64,000 nucleotides of DNA from Octopus vulgaris (lineage: Eukaryota): assembly GCA_951406725.2 (NCBI GenBank), contig OX597833.1, positions 41,044,001-41,108,000 of the forward strand, written 5' to 3'. Positions 1 to 15,468 of this stretch are shown here, piece by piece. The translations under genes were made by a program, and so were the position numbers. The notes beneath the pieces were generated by a model that saw only the letters and a program-made list of their open reading frames with translations, did no database searches and was not told the DNA's origin. Position 1 is the stretch's first letter, and every line of letters starts with the position of its first letter.

Positions 1-156
1 TGCTGTGAATTTTAATGCTAAATTATAGCTTTTGGAATGCGACAACATTTTATAAACAAATTTTGTAATCGTCGAATGTGTTGATATTTTACTGACAAGA
101 AAGTAAATTTCGAATGCAGTAAAGCTGTAATAACAGCAGAGAAATATTTACATGTA

Positions 157-669
157 CCGTAAATCCTCGAGTATAGTCCGCCCTTGAGTATAATACGCAG
201 GGGATTTTTAGGGGGCTGTACTTCTGAAAATTCCAAACCTAATGTATAATACGCACCCCTTCTCTAACTTGAGTCGTGCGTAATTAAGCCAGCAGCGCCT
301 AGTCGAACAAACACTTCCGCGCATGCGTAATACAATATTGGTAATGTTCTTAACTGTTATATGGGAATGTAAATATGTAAATATGTTTGCAAATTGTTTT
401 TGCTACATGTTATTCTGTGTTCTGAATACTTTTATTTTAATAAATGTTGCTTACTGTAAGTTATAGATGATTCTTTTATGACTTCATTGCTTTCAGGCAT
501 AGCTTAAGGTATTTTCGCACCCGACATCACAAAATGCGTCTCAATAAATATTGCCGGACATTGCTTAGAAAGTATTTTTCATTTTTAACCTCGTATATAG
601 TACACACTAGGGATTTTGACCTTCAAATTTTTGGGGAAAAAAATGCGGATTATACTCGAGGATTTACGG
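157..669. mobile_element. Non-autonomous pogo/Tigger-like DNA transposon (MITE), copy 1
   Basis: 25-bp TIRs CCGTAAATCCTCGAGTATAGTCCGC / GCGGATTATACTCGAGGATTTACGG (1 mismatch), TA on both sides. Second copy at 31275-31755. Confidence 0.9.
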
Positions 670-2021
670 TATATCTATTTCATCCTATACCTTTTACTAC
701 TCACAATATTGGATTGTATCGAGACGATTAATTAAACATATCATCACACATTAAGCAGTTGTAAAGAAAATCTCAAAAATGTTTTGATAGCATAGAGCTA
801 TTTAAGTATCTAAGTTTGACTTTTAAATGCATTTTCAGAAACCTAAATGAAATACTTTGAACATAAAACAAATAGTCTTGTCATTTGCCCAGCAATATGT
901 TTAGAAACTTCATATCTTTGTTTCAAAAGATATTTAAGATAGCGACCCGTTACTACCAAGGGCCACAGCAGATAGTGGCTCCAATGAGAATATCTCATAC
1001 ACCCCATGAAATCAATCTTCGAATAGGCCTAAGATGATTATGTGAATTGCACCTTTTTTTTTCATTCATGTTAAGTCTAACGTATAAAAGAAATGATTGA
1101 GTTACACAGATATTGTAAGTTTACAAGAGGCGTTCATGGAAATTCACTCACAATTGCAATTCCAGCATGAAAATGTTTATCTCAATACTGCGTTATTGAG
1201 AGAAATTAAGATGAACTTTTGTTGACGCTATCAATTATTTTTTAATAAGCCCACTACTTGCGACACCGGTGCCTGAATAGCCACTGAAAGTCTATAAATC
1301 ACTGACGGGGGAATTCCACTACTGTGTCTAACCGGACGTCTGCCATTGTGAAGTCCAAAGAAGGGCGAAATCATGTGACCTGGCAGTTCCGGCGGTTATC
1401 GCCCGTCAGCAATATAAACACGAGTGTTTATATGCATCACAAGTCCATACAAGAGGTTCTGTCGTGGTAAATAACGAAGTATTATGAGTTCTAAAACAAC
1501 ACCCATTTTTAGTTTACCTTTCTAGAATATCTTTTATTATTTTGTAATAACTTTTATCGCTTACTTGTTTCTGTCATTAGACTGCGGCCATGTTGGGGCA
1601 CCGCCTTCAAGAATTTTTGCCGAACCACTAGGTTACAGCAATGTAAACACACCAACACCGGTCGTCAAGCAAAGGTAGAGAACAAACAGACACAAAGATA
1701 CAGACCACGCGCGCACGCACACGCACACATACATATATCTGGAAGGCATGACACGTTATCAAAGGATAGGGCTCAAAAGGTCCATGTTCCATTCCTTTAT
1801 CTAGCGTGGTTAGACGAAAGCTATTCACCATCCGGGGGGATTAACGTGCAGTATACGAACCGCGTTATATCATTTTACGCTGCGAATGCTGAGGAGGAGC
1901 ATTGATTGTCTTACATCTCACTGCTCGCCTTGCGTAATATTGACAGTCATTCTACTGAAACACGTGCATATTTTATAAAGATTAGAATATCATTATCGTT
2001 TTCTGTGTATATCATTTGTAC

Positions 2022-2092
<71 letters not shown>

Positions 2093-2110
2093 CCTACCTA
2101 CCTATCTATC

Positions 2111-2154
<44 letters not shown>

Positions 2155-2469
2155 GTTTAGTATTTTGATGCAAGGAAATAACAAATTATTATAGGAGTGC
2201 CTTGTATGCACGAGCCTCCTTGAATTTCAAGCTAGTTCAGAAAAAACGTTGACTTCGAAATGTTTAATGTTTTATTAAGACATATTTCAATATGTGTGGG
2301 CGCGTGTCTGTGTGCGTGTGCATACATATGCATATATGTATATGTATGCATTTTTCCTCCTTTCTTCAAAATTTCATTTCATATTTCAAAAAAAAAATAT
2401 TCAACGAACGAGAAATGAGTGCTCAGTACATGTTGTAGAGAATATTAATTTTTATTTCTGACGGTTTTT

Positions 2470-2578
2470 CTCGCGACTCGAGTGTTTCACAACACTGCGA
2501 TCTTCAGGCGGTCTTCAGGCGATACGAAGAGTTATTTCGCCTGAAGATCGCAGTGTTGTGAAACACTCGAGTCGCGAG
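2470..2578. repeat. Perfect 41-bp inverted repeat (hairpin) carrying the HHR motif
   Basis: 2470-2510 is the exact reverse complement of 2538-2578; 27-nt spacer; (TA)n begins about 30 nt downstream. Confidence 0.9.
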
Positions 2579-2580
2579 GT
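2534..2580 (+). ncRNA. Minimal type I hammerhead ribozyme motif
   Basis: Stem I AUUUCGC/GCGAGGU; core CUGAAGA; short stem II GCA-GUGU-UGU; GAAAC-ACUCGA-GUC, with the palindrome ACUCGAGU across stem III. Confidence 0.7.
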
Positions 2581-2603
2581 AAACTCTCAGCTTCAGTTTT
2601 AAT

Positions 2604-2723
<120 letters not shown>

Positions 2724-2864
2724 TGCAAAATTATCGCCGTGATAATTTTGCAGCTTTAATAAAAAGTATATTACTCTACCTTTGATATTCGAGCACTATT
2801 TTTCCTCCTTATTTTGCATTCATGTGCTCACCTGAGTGTGTGTGTATATATACATAGATATGCA

Positions 2865-2902
<38 letters not shown>

Positions 2903-3099
2903 TGTGTGTGTGTATGTATGTATGTATGTATGTATGTATGCAAGTGTATATGTATGTATACATGTACATATATATATTCACACACCTGCGCACATAATAG
3001 ATATACACATATATGTATGCGCGTATGTATACATGTTTGTATACATGTGTGTGCGCGCGCGCACGCGTGTGTTTGTGTGTGTACCTGCTAGGATTTAGT

Positions 3100-4149
3100 T
3101 CTCTTTGTCACTGTTTTTGCAACCGTTCATCCTTTTAAATTTCAAAAAGCTCTTTCAGAAAAGCTTTCTCGTAATTATAGACTTGTTCTCTTTCTGCAAG
3201 AATCCAAGTTTATATCCTGTTGCTCCTATGATGATTTTTATGAAGCTGGATGTATAGTGGATCCTGCATTTTCAATCTCTACATCAATGGTCCATAAACA
3301 TTTTTTTCTGTATTTTTCTTACCACAATGATTTCATAAGAGCAGCTGAGCATGTTTTCATTTGTCGTCTCAAACAATATCAGGATGGCTGTGATTTAAGT
3401 TTAAATACATTTATTTTATTTCTAGGCTCCACCAATATTATTTAGGTCCATCGATCTCAATATACTCATCCTTATTTGTTGCAATTTTTTCCTTTTTCAC
3501 TCTATTCCACATTGCTTCTGTTCCCTACCACATCACGTATCATGGATATGTAGTATTGAGGGGGCATTCTTTTATAGTTGGCACCAAAGTGGTTAATGTG
3601 GCTGGTTCTGATTTGTTTATGGCCTGCATCTGCTGTAGGCCATGTAGCTGATGATTTCTGTCTTCTGTATCAAATGTACTCGATGACATGGTAGCGGTAG
3701 GGTTCTTACACCTTGATTGAATGGAGATAACATTGAAGATGTGATGTTGTAAACCTTTTGGTTTTCCCTGTCACGCTTTTAATGTGATTTAGTTCTCACT
3801 AAGGTCTGAAATGTAAGCTTCAAGTATCAAATGCTACCTATCCAAAGAACTAGTCTATATTTTTAATTTTGTTGCAGTTTTCAAAGAGATTTTCCATTGT
3901 TCATTTGGAAGAGATCTGGGTTACTCTCTCTCTCTCTTTTATTTTTTTACTTGTTTCAGTCATTTGACTGCGGCCATGCTGGAGCACCGCCTATAGTCGA
4001 GCAAATCGACCCCGGGACTTATTCTTTGTAAGCCCAGTACTTATTATATCGGTCTCTTTTGCCGAACTGCAAAGTGACGGGGACGTAAACACACCAGCAT
4101 CGGTTGTCAAGCAATGCTAGGGGGGACAAACACAGACACACAAACATAT

Positions 4150-4212
<63 letters not shown>

Positions 4213-4866
4213 TACGCCAAGCTTCTTTCAGTTTCCGTCTACCAAATTCACTCACAAGGCATTGGTCGGCCCGGGGCTATAGCAGAAGACACTTGCCCAA
4301 GATGCCACGCAGTGGGACTGAACCTGGAAGGTTAGGTTATATTTCATGTCCCACTTCAAGTTCATTAGATACTCTAATGATATTTATCTTTTTCGTGATC
4401 GCAGACCTAAACGACATAATCACAAGCATTTCATGTATGCAGGTTTTCTGACCATTTGATTGGTGGCGAGGTTGTGCAGGAGAGTATCTTGCTTAGTTCA
4501 TCATCCCTTAAAACCTAAGAAGATCTTGCATATTTTTATTGTCCCCAGATATCATGATCATTGGTTGTGTATGAATTAAGGTGTTGCATCCTCTCCGCAA
4601 GAATCCACGTTCAGTCATTTTTTCCATTCCAGACGGATTTGTATGTATTTCCAATGATAATAGGTATGAAACTGAAAGTGTATATTGGGTACTGGGTATT
4701 CAAAAACCATATCAACGGTCTATATACGTCCATTTTCAACTGTATTTTTTGACTGCAATTGGTGTCCAGAGGGTAGCTTTGTTTATGTATGTATGTATGT
4801 ATGTATGTATGTATGTATGTATGTATGTATGTATGTATGTATGTATTATGTGTGTGTGTATGTGGC

Positions 4867-4899
<33 letters not shown>

Positions 4900-5188
4900 T
4901 TTCTTTGAGCTTAATTTAAGTTCTTGAGAGAGTTAAAAGAGTTCCTGGCGCTTGTAAATATGTGCTTGAGTTGTCATGTTGGTTGAACTGTCGATGCAGA
5001 CACCCAAGTGTGTGCATCTATTCACAGAAAAAAATTCAGATGTAGAATTTCTTGAATGCCTTACAAATCTTCACTGTGCCACTAATACATTAGATTTGGA
5101 GAAGCCATGTCAGTTTCTCTTTTTTCATGAAACCAATTATTTCTGGGTTTCTGTACAAATTGTGTATGTATGTATGTATGTTTGTATG

Positions 5189-5220
<32 letters not shown>

Positions 5221-5330
5221 AATGCATAACCATTTTGCAGTCACACTGACACACCGCCATGAAAGCAATTCCTGCACTTACTGGTATTGCTTTATCAATA
5301 TCTTTTTCTCTAATTACAATGTTAATTTTT
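3100..5330 (-). mobile_element. Highly decayed REL-endonuclease-type non-LTR retrotransposon relic, interrupted by a SINE and microsatellites
   Basis: Minus-strand pieces read TSHLQCYLHSI, QYYISMIRDVV, WTIDV and IIIGATG. These resemble the post-RT, zinc-knuckle and REL motifs of R4/NeSL/HERO-type elements. Recognisable motifs lie within about 3170-3780; the extension to 5330 is a guess. Confidence 0.4.
3946..4327 (-). mobile_element. tRNA-derived SINE family A (internal CA/TA microsatellite), 5'-truncated
   Basis: Closely matches the copies at 37077-37511, 49763-50164 and 54147-54553. Confidence 0.85.
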
Positions 5331-5544
5331 AGACTCCTACTCGTTTTAAGCATGAATACGATTACAGACATACAATCACATACAAACACACATGCACACA
5401 TACACATACATGTTTGTTGAAGCCGTTACTACGTGCATGTCTGGGTGTCGGCATGTGCATACTCGCAGGCGAAACAGTATGTATAAATACATGAAAAGTA
5501 TATTTATGCATAGAAACGTATGTGTGTTTATAAGAGAGTATGTA

Positions 5545-6821
5545 TCAGGTTATCCCAAAACTAATATCCGGACTTCTATATTTTCAATTTATAAACGCTT
5601 TAACAGTATTTTAGAATGTGTAATGGCATCAAGTAATATTTATATGTATTTAGACATATCTAAACTAATTAAATTTCATTTTGCAGGATAATTTAATTGA
5701 AATTTCTCTAATTATAGCTCCACAAATATGGAAGTGTCTAAGGAGCATTTGAGGCACATAATGCTTTATGAGTTTAAAAAAGGGAACTCTGTAACTGAAG
5801 TGACTCGAAATATTCACTCAGCTTATGGAGAAGAATGCCAGAATGAAAGACCTTCCAGAAGAGGGTTTGTAAAATTCAGAAGTGGAGATTTCAGCTTTGG
5901 ACATGAGGCCCGAATAGGATGTCCAATTGAGTTTGATGACAAGCTCCTTTTGGCAGAACTTGAAAAAGATCATGTAGCTTCAGTTGAAGAATTGGCAAGC
6001 AAGCTTTGTTCAAGCTATACAACTGTTCACTGCTATCTTCAACAGTATGGAAAGGTTCCAAAATTCAGAAAATGGGTGCCTCATGATTTGTCTGAAACCA
6101 ACCACAAATCCCGAGTGGACATCTACTCTTCTTTTCGTTCTCGTGAACTAATCTCGCCCTTTTTGGACAAACTGATGACCTGTGAGGAAAAATGGATCTT
6201 TTATCAAAATGTTAGGTGCCATACCCATTGGCTTCGTGAAGGAAAAAAAGGCCCAACCACAACTGAAAAGGGAACTCCATGCGAAGACGATTCTTCTCTC
6301 TGTTTGGTGGGGTTGCAAAGGAGTCATCCACTTTCAGTTGCTACCAACTAATGCAACAATCATTGTTCAAATTTACTGTCAGCAATTAGAGCAATTGAAC
6401 GCTGCTTTGAAGGAAAAAAGGCCAGCTTTAGTGAATCGAAAAGTAGTGATGTTTCATCAGGGCAATGCAAGACCCCACACTGCAAAGATCACATCACAGA
6501 AGATCGAGGAACTTGACTTGGAGAAAATTGCTCATCTGCCTTATTCCCCAGACCTTGCTCCTTCCAATTACCATTTGTTCCATAGTTTAAAGAATCATTT
6601 CGGTGAATTAACTCTCGAAACATCTAAAGAAGTCGAAACTGACCTTTCAGGTTGGTTCTCTTCGAAACTGAAAAGGTTTTCCACTAATGGGATTAAAAAG
6701 TTTGCGAAAACATGAGAAGACGTCATGGATAATCATGGAAACTATAAGTTTCATTTAAATGTAAGATTTAATCACTTCTTTTCCTTATTAAAGTCTGGAC
6801 ATTACTTATGGGATGACCTGA
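5545..6821 (+). mobile_element. Full-length mariner (DD34D-type) transposon, inactive
   Basis: 31-bp TIRs TCAGGTTATCCCAAAACTAATATCCGGACTT / AAGTCTGGACATTACTTATGGGATGACCTGA (5 mismatches), TA flanks, about 1.28 kb. Confidence 0.95.
5728..6745 (+). pseudogene. Mariner transposase pseudogene
   Basis: Motifs WVPHDL, TCEEKW, LSVWW, HQGNARPH and YSPDLAPSNYHLF. One extra base in the A-run near 6243-6250 splits ORFs 5728-6351 and 6182-6715. TGA at 6713-6715 lies where W is expected before ...GNY. Confidence 0.93.
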
Positions 6822-6920
6822 TATAAGAGTGTTTATGCTTCTATGTATGTATCTATGCATTATGTATGTGTGAATGCATTTGTGAAATGCGTATGTGTGT
6901 GTGTATGTTGGAGGCGTTCA

Positions 6921-6983
<63 letters not shown>

Positions 6984-7136
6984 ATGTGTGTGTGTGTGTA
7001 TGTATGTATGTGTGCGTATGATAGATACATACATACATCGGTAGATAAAAAGATATAAATATATATATACGTACATTCATACATATAAACTACACACGCA
7101 CACTCACACGCACGCACACGTACACATTTATACAAC

Positions 7137-7203
<67 letters not shown>

Positions 7204-7240
7204 ATTATATATGTATATATATCTATATATATATACACAC

Positions 7241-7285
<45 letters not shown>

Positions 7286-7365
7286 CGTATACATACATTC
7301 ATACATACATACATACATACATACATGCATACATACATACATACATACATACATACATACATACA

Positions 7366-7398
<33 letters not shown>

Positions 7399-7841
7399 GC
7401 TTGCATACATACATATAGTGATTTCAAATTATGCAATCTTTTTCATTATTATCATTAAGAAAAAAATTAACTTCATCTTTTAGTTTAGCTTTCTCTAAGT
7501 TTCTACTATTCTTTCGATGTTTACTGTGAATTATACGGTTGATTAGACGTTCTGCGCTAATACATGAACACTATATATCTCTTACATAGGTAGTATGTGG
7601 TTTTAATATTTTTAAATGTATTCTTGGTATAATCAATGTGTTGAATGTTATAGAAAAACATCGACAATCGTGAAATTTGTCAGACATTCTACATTACATA
7701 GACATATACATATAAATACTTGATGTGTGTGTATGTGTGAGTGTATATACATATGTATGTATGTGTGTGTACGTATTTACGGATGTATGCATAAAGATTT
7801 ACACTTGTATGCATGTATATGAATGTACATATATATATATA

Positions 7842-7899
<58 letters not shown>

Positions 7900-7929
7900 T
7901 ATATATATGTGTATATATATATGTATATG

Positions 7930-8046
<117 letters not shown>

Positions 8047-8680
8047 GTTTACATATTTATATCATGATATCTATATATATATTTAAATTTAAATAATAAG
8101 GGTAAAATAATTGAATATTAATTTGATTAATATCAATTGAAATCAGTGGTCTACATCTAGCATATTGGATGTCCACCAAGTGGTCATCACACTTATAATT
8201 ATGTCTATTTACATTTATATAGAATACATACATATCATATATATCTGTGTGTGTGCGTGTGTTTGTGCGTGTTTCTGTATGTGTAAAGGTACGTTTGAAT
8301 ATAGTGAAAAATTACTCTGTTTGTTTCCTTTTAACGTATCTATCTATCTATCTTTTATTTATTTTTTTGTTCTTTTCTTCCCTTTTACGATCCCTCTTGA
8401 TCGAAAACCTACGCCACCCCTTTTTTTGTTTGTTTCTTTTGTTTTTTTTTTGTTTTTTTCATCCTCCAAAAGAAAAGCTCTACCTTGTAACTTCTATCTA
8501 TCTATCTATCTTTCGATTGAACTAATTATCTCTGCTGTCTCCGTTTCTCTCTCTTTATCTGTTTAATTCTCCGTATATATATATATGTATTATACACGGA
8601 CATACGCGAGCACACACGTACATATACGCAGATACGCATACATACATAGTATATGCATACATATGTTTATATATATTAAC

Positions 8681-8723
<43 letters not shown>

Positions 8724-8784
8724 TATAAAAATGAGTGGTGCCTATTTATTTTAGAGATTTATATACATTATATATATGTATTTA

Positions 8785-8843
<59 letters not shown>

Positions 8844-8908
8844 TAAATATATTATATTAGAGATTTACATACATTATATATATGTATATGTATATATACA
8901 TACATACA

Positions 8909-8977
<69 letters not shown>

Positions 8978-9197
8978 GAACACACGTTTTTAAGAGTATA
9001 TACCCGCACACACCGGTTTTAAGATTATCGTGAAAAGCCTGACTGGAGAACCGACCTTCCGAGGACTACTGCAAAAAGTTTGTGGATCTAAGAGGGGAAT
9101 ATGTAGAATAAAATTATAATTAACTGATCCTCCTTTATTTTCTTTTACCCAAAGCCAGGAACATCCCAGCAGTCCCTTTTTTCTATGTATGTATGTG

Positions 9198-9247
<50 letters not shown>

Positions 9248-9250
<3 letters not shown>

Positions 9251-9395
9251 CGGAACTTATGAAAATAAACAAAAGACGATAAAAAACGAACAATTGTATT
9301 AGTATGGCCTCAGGAAATATAAATAAACAAGTCTTAACGTTTCAGCTACGCTCTTCAACAGAAAGATACACGAGAGAAAAACACAGAAGAGAGAG
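9248..9395 (-). mobile_element. (TA)n-embedded Penelope-like/HHR family D fragment with variant HHR at 9332-9366
   Basis: Shares GTATTAGTATGG(CG)CTCAGGAA and AAAATAAACAAAAGACGA with 17168, 26614 and 36290. Minus strand reads UCUUU-CUGUUGA-AGAGC-GUA-GCU-GAAAC-GUU-AAGA. Confidence 0.65.
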
Positions 9396-9416
9396 AATAT
9401 ATATATATATATATTA

Positions 9417-9457
<41 letters not shown>

Positions 9458-9462
9458 CATAC

Positions 9463-9507
<45 letters not shown>

Positions 9508-9577
9508 TATATATAAATGTATGTATATATACACCTATGTATGTATGTATATATCTATATTTCAGTATATTTTATAA

Positions 9578-9613
<36 letters not shown>

Positions 9614-11121
9614 CACATACATATACATATATGCATATACATACATATATGTTTATACATACATATATGATATTGTGATATAATTAAATAATTATATAAT
9701 ATACTGTGTTATAATTCCATCGTAGAAATATCCCTATAAAATACGCTATTATGCTATATGTGATATAGCAATCACATATTATACGTAATATGATTTTTGG
9801 TTTACGACATACGGTAGTGGTTTACTTCTGTCACATCAAAGTTTACATATATTTGAATGTGTGCATGTGTGTATGTGTACATTATATGCATGTATACATT
9901 TATGCATATGTATGTATATATGGTGCATATACATGCATAAATATGTATATATACATAAATATATGTATATATAAGTAAACAATATATAAACAATAAATTA
10001 GACAGTCAGATACAATTGACCATCCAATAATTTATTATTTTATAATATAACATGATATACTATGAATGTGATATAATATAACATTAAAAATATCATTAAA
10101 AAACCAAAACAGCCAACAATTTGTATATGTGTATTGTGTGTATGTGTGTACACATATATTATTATATGCATGTATACGCTTATGCATATGTATGTATGTA
10201 CATGGTAATGCATATATATACATATATATGCACAAATTTTCATATATATCTACATATATGTGTCAATTGTATTTCTCAATTTAATTTATTTTGCAATTTG
10301 CATTATACCCATATGTATGTGCTTTTATACACCCCTTTGAAGGAATTCTTATTTTGTTCTTCATGTGTGTGGTGAAATCGCTACATTATCTTCATATTAT
10401 GTCGAAGCGTCCTCGATACCAATGACTGGCTCCTAACATTAAGTATAGAAAGTGTTTAGTGGGTTTTTTTTTGTCCACCTTCATAGCATTATACAATAAA
10501 AATGAAATTTCGTCAAATAATAAAATTTATTTGCATGCTTATTTGGAATCATCTTTTCAAACAATTTCTACATCATTGTTGTAGTTATATAATTATCAAT
10601 GTAATACAGATAGCATAATATTGCATAATTATATCAAATATCTAATATTCGATAACTTCAATATCTACAATGTTTATAGGATTATGTGAAAAAGTATTCC
10701 TTAGCAATATTCCTGTACGTTTTCTGTTTAATTCCAACAGGGAAAATGCAAAACACATATACAGACACACACACACATATATATATATATATACACATGC
10801 ATGTATATATATAAATATATGTATATACATATATATATACAGGGTTGTCTAAAAGTAGGTTTACAGTTATTCAACTATCTCTTTCGCATTCTTATATCAA
10901 CAGTTTATATCTTAATTAACAAAAAAATATGAAACCATTATTCTATGCTAATGTAATTAATTTTTTCAAGCTCTTTTTTTCCGCTTTTAAATAGAAAATA
11001 TAGCTATGTATATATATTTATATATATAAACACACATATGTATGTAAGTTTATATTCATATACTTATCAACATATATGTATATATATAAACATGCATATG
11101 CATATATAAACATACACATGC

Positions 11122-11194
<73 letters not shown>

Positions 11195-11497
11195 TAGATA
11201 GATAGATAGACATATGTAGATATATACATTTATGTATATATATAATGTATATGTATATATACATATACTTAGCAACATATATGTATATATATATAAACGT
11301 ATATATGCACATATATACATACAGACATACACATATTCACGTATTCTATGCCAGTAAATGAGTGCATGAGTGTGCGTGTACGTGTGCGTGTACGTGTGCA
11401 TGTGTGGGTATGTGTTTATATGAGTATCTGGTGGGGGGCGGTGAAGTTAAAAACTTGTCAGAACCACCTAAGTGGCTTTGATTTTCGTATGTATGTG

Positions 11498-11598
<101 letters not shown>

Positions 11599-11816
11599 TC
11601 CAGCTCTTAACATTGCATTACACAATCCCAATTCTCTTCTCGTCACCACCGACCACATAGTCACACATATATCCTCCCCACTTTGTCAAGGCTCTACCAC
11701 AAAAACATCGCCCAACACCTCAATCCTCTGAAGTGAAGTGGTGAAACATTAAGAATGAAGTGATGCTTTAATTGCTCAATATAAGATGATATGAGACCAG
11801 ATATGAACAATAGCCC

Positions 11817-11877
<61 letters not shown>

Positions 11878-12089
11878 GCAACCCTCTCTACTGCACTTCA
11901 GTACATTTCCTTCCCCTTGTGTTTCACGAGCTATGCATGGTCAGTAGTTCTCGGAAATTATAATTAAGTTGACGTCTGTTTCGTTTCTTTCATATAGGAC
12001 GTATAGACACTGAATATACTTTTCCCGCGCGCGCGTACACACAAACACCCATATATTTTATAGGGTGTATATTACATATATGTGTGTAC

Positions 12090-12210
<121 letters not shown>

Positions 12211-12307
12211 AGTATATATGTTTGTATATATATATATGTGTGTGTGTGTGTGTTTGTGTGTATGCGTGTATGCATGTATAGATGTATGTATGCATGTATG
12301 TATGTAT

Positions 12308-12359
<52 letters not shown>

Positions 12360-12385
12360 TAAGCGAATGGATCTAGAGAGTGCGA

Positions 12386-12427
<42 letters not shown>

Positions 12428-12433
12428 CATACA

Positions 12434-12753
12434 CAATGTCATCGTCGACTTACGACTTCTCCGGCTTCGACTTACAACGATTGGCGCGCCATCTCTCAGC
12501 AGCAATAATAAATAGTCCAGTTGAAATCTAATGGGCTTAATTTCTTAGAAATTTACCCGTCTACGGGTGGTACTAGCCAACAAACAGAATGTTGTGTGTG
12601 ACTTTTACCTGAGAATGTACCTTAAGAATGTAAAAATATAAAACAAAGCTATGTAGACCTATAGGCCGACTTACGACCAAATCGACAGACGACCAAATCG
12701 ACATACGACCAGTTAGTCGGAACCAATTGTGGTCGTAAGTCGACGACGACCTG
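12434..12753. mobile_element. Tigger/pogo-like MITE
   Basis: Imperfect TIRs GTCATCGTCGACTTACGAC / GTCGTAAGTCGACGACGACCTG followed by TA; internal repeats of the CGACTTACGAC motif. Confidence 0.7.
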
Positions 12754-13141
12754 TATATATGACGGGCTTCTTTCAGTTTTTATCAACTAAATCCTCTCAG
12801 AAGTTTCTTTGGTCGTCTCCAGGCTATCGTAGAAGATACTTGTCCAAGTTGTCACACAGTGGAGCTGAAGCCGCTACCATGTGGTACCTAACTCCTTACA
12901 GCACAGCTACACCTGCGCCTATAGTGAATATTTCTAAAACTGCCAAAGATTCTCCATTTGAGTTACCTGAAATATAAATGCACACAATCACATTTGTGGA
13001 TGCCACACACGCCATACACACGCACACACACATGCACTCACTCACACCCACACACAAACACATATCATGTAATTATATACTGTCAAGTACAAAATAGGCG
13101 TGTACACTCATAACAATTGCAAGTATATTTATACAAACTCC

Positions 13142-13197
<56 letters not shown>

Positions 13198-14676
13198 TTA
13201 AACTTGCATTCTCATATAAAGAGGCATGTGCATTCACTACATAATTGTAAGTATATCAATACGAACTCTTACATGTATACATACATTAAGTCTGCATTCT
13301 CATATTTACATATTCTTGGAACTGTCTTCAGAGAAACAAAGAAGCCTTGTTACTGTTTTACTGCCTTGAATTCTGCGAAGAACTTTAATTAAATCTCAAA
13401 GAAAAGGAAACGTACATTATATTTCTTATTTATTTATTTTATGTCTCTTGTTCTGTGTCCCAACTTGTAAACAATATTCTAATAGTCCAAACACTGATTC
13501 ACTACACTTCGGCAATAGGGACAAGGGATTGTCCAATTCATCGCAGAACGATTAACTCAAGTAACTTCGCTCATAAAACCCCATTTTCATGTTCAATATA
13601 CACACTAGTGAAAGATAAACACACGTACACATACACACACATACATACGCTCACATACATATGCACACATATACACACTCATATGCACATAATTATACGT
13701 ATGCACGCATACTCCCTACCATGCATAATCTGACAAACTGCTTAGCTAAATACTTTGGTTTACAACTAAATACTTCCTCGGTACTGAAACACTGAAACCT
13801 TCTCAAATTCCCTCCTGCCCTTGAGGGGTTTTTTTCTTCTTTTTTACAGATATAAGTCCAGTGCATATTCATAAGTCTCTCCTAAACGTCCATACTTGTT
13901 TGTTTCAGAATTGTAGTTAGCCCTTGTTTCATAGGTTCTGATTAAAATCAAGCTTTCTTTTCATCCTTTCACAAGTTCCATGTTACTCTGGCGGTTGAAA
14001 AAAATTGGGAATGTGTATCATATAAGGTGCATAGATACCAGAGAAATATGTCCTGTGTATCACATATGATACGCAACACAGACAACGGGTTAATAGGCAA
14101 AGTATTAACAAGCAAAGGGTTAACAATGATTCAAGTTAGCGATCATCGGTATCGATATAACCAGGGTGGGGGATGTTTTGCAAAGCATTATGGGTATAGA
14201 TCCGTTTACTTTGACTAATTAACAAATATAAATGCTAGTAATCAGAAGTAATTATAAACAATTAATTAAATTTTGTATTTTCAAGAGGTAGCTGCAATAT
14301 GATATTGCAACATTCATGCCTTTCCTACAATATGAATTATCAACCGAATTGGTAGCGATACAATAAAAGTAGGGAGTCAATAAAACTCCCTGTTTTGATT
14401 AAACTCCTATAAGAAAATCATGTGGATATAAATATTAGTATGTTATATTTCATAGAGACGGTTAACACCTTTCATTCTTTTTCTAAGTCAACAAATAGCA
14501 CCATAAGAAAAAATTGTTTTTGCTTTTAGGACACAGATTAAAACTATTAAAGTAATAATAGAATTTATTTGCTGTAGCCCATCTTTTATACCTGGACAAA
14601 ACAATGTACATGATAACACTTCCAATCAGTTAAGATCAGAAGCCACGAGAGCCACTGCCTGGTACTGCATCAGGGC

Positions 14677-14766
<90 letters not shown>

Positions 14767-15411
14767 AATTACTGGAATTAATAGACTGGAATTAATAGAA
14801 TTTATTGTATAAACATGTGGCGTAATCAAATTCCGGATATACTTTTGCAGGATCTTCCAGATAAATTACTTCGATACATTTGATGTCCAACTGAAATTTT
14901 GGAAATTCATGCCTTTAAGTAAAACGCAAACAGCAATGTAATCAAATGAACAATTATGATGTTCTTTTAACATTAGCATAGATGCACAAATTTTAGATAG
15001 AGTATAATCCATATAAGGATACACATTTCTTGAACCATACTTATTGTATCAACCCCAAGAGGCTAAAAAACTATCTAATTCAGCTGGATTCCAAAAGAAC
15101 GTAAAGGCGTTCTGTTCTGAGAATGCTAAGGGGCCTGCCGTTTACAGCCTCCCTTCTACTATAACAATGATAATATTTTTTTACTATAGTCACAAGGCGC
15201 GAAACTTTTGGGGAAGGGATTAGTCAATTACATGGACCACAGTGTTTGACAGGGAGTACTGTGAACATTGCCTTTCGTCTTTTGTCGATCTTGAAGGCAT
15301 GAAAGACAACGTTGTCCTCAGCGGAATTTGAACACGGAAGTAAAGCCGGAAGAAATACCGCTAAGTATTTTGTCCGGCGTACTAACGGTCCTGCCAGCTC
15401 ACCGCCTTGAC

Positions 15412-15468
<57 letters not shown>

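Noticed and set aside
10840-10990. Single Tc1/mariner-like terminus CAGGGTTGTCTAAAAGTAGGTTTACAG
   Set aside because: I could not find a matching second end, so the element cannot be delimited.
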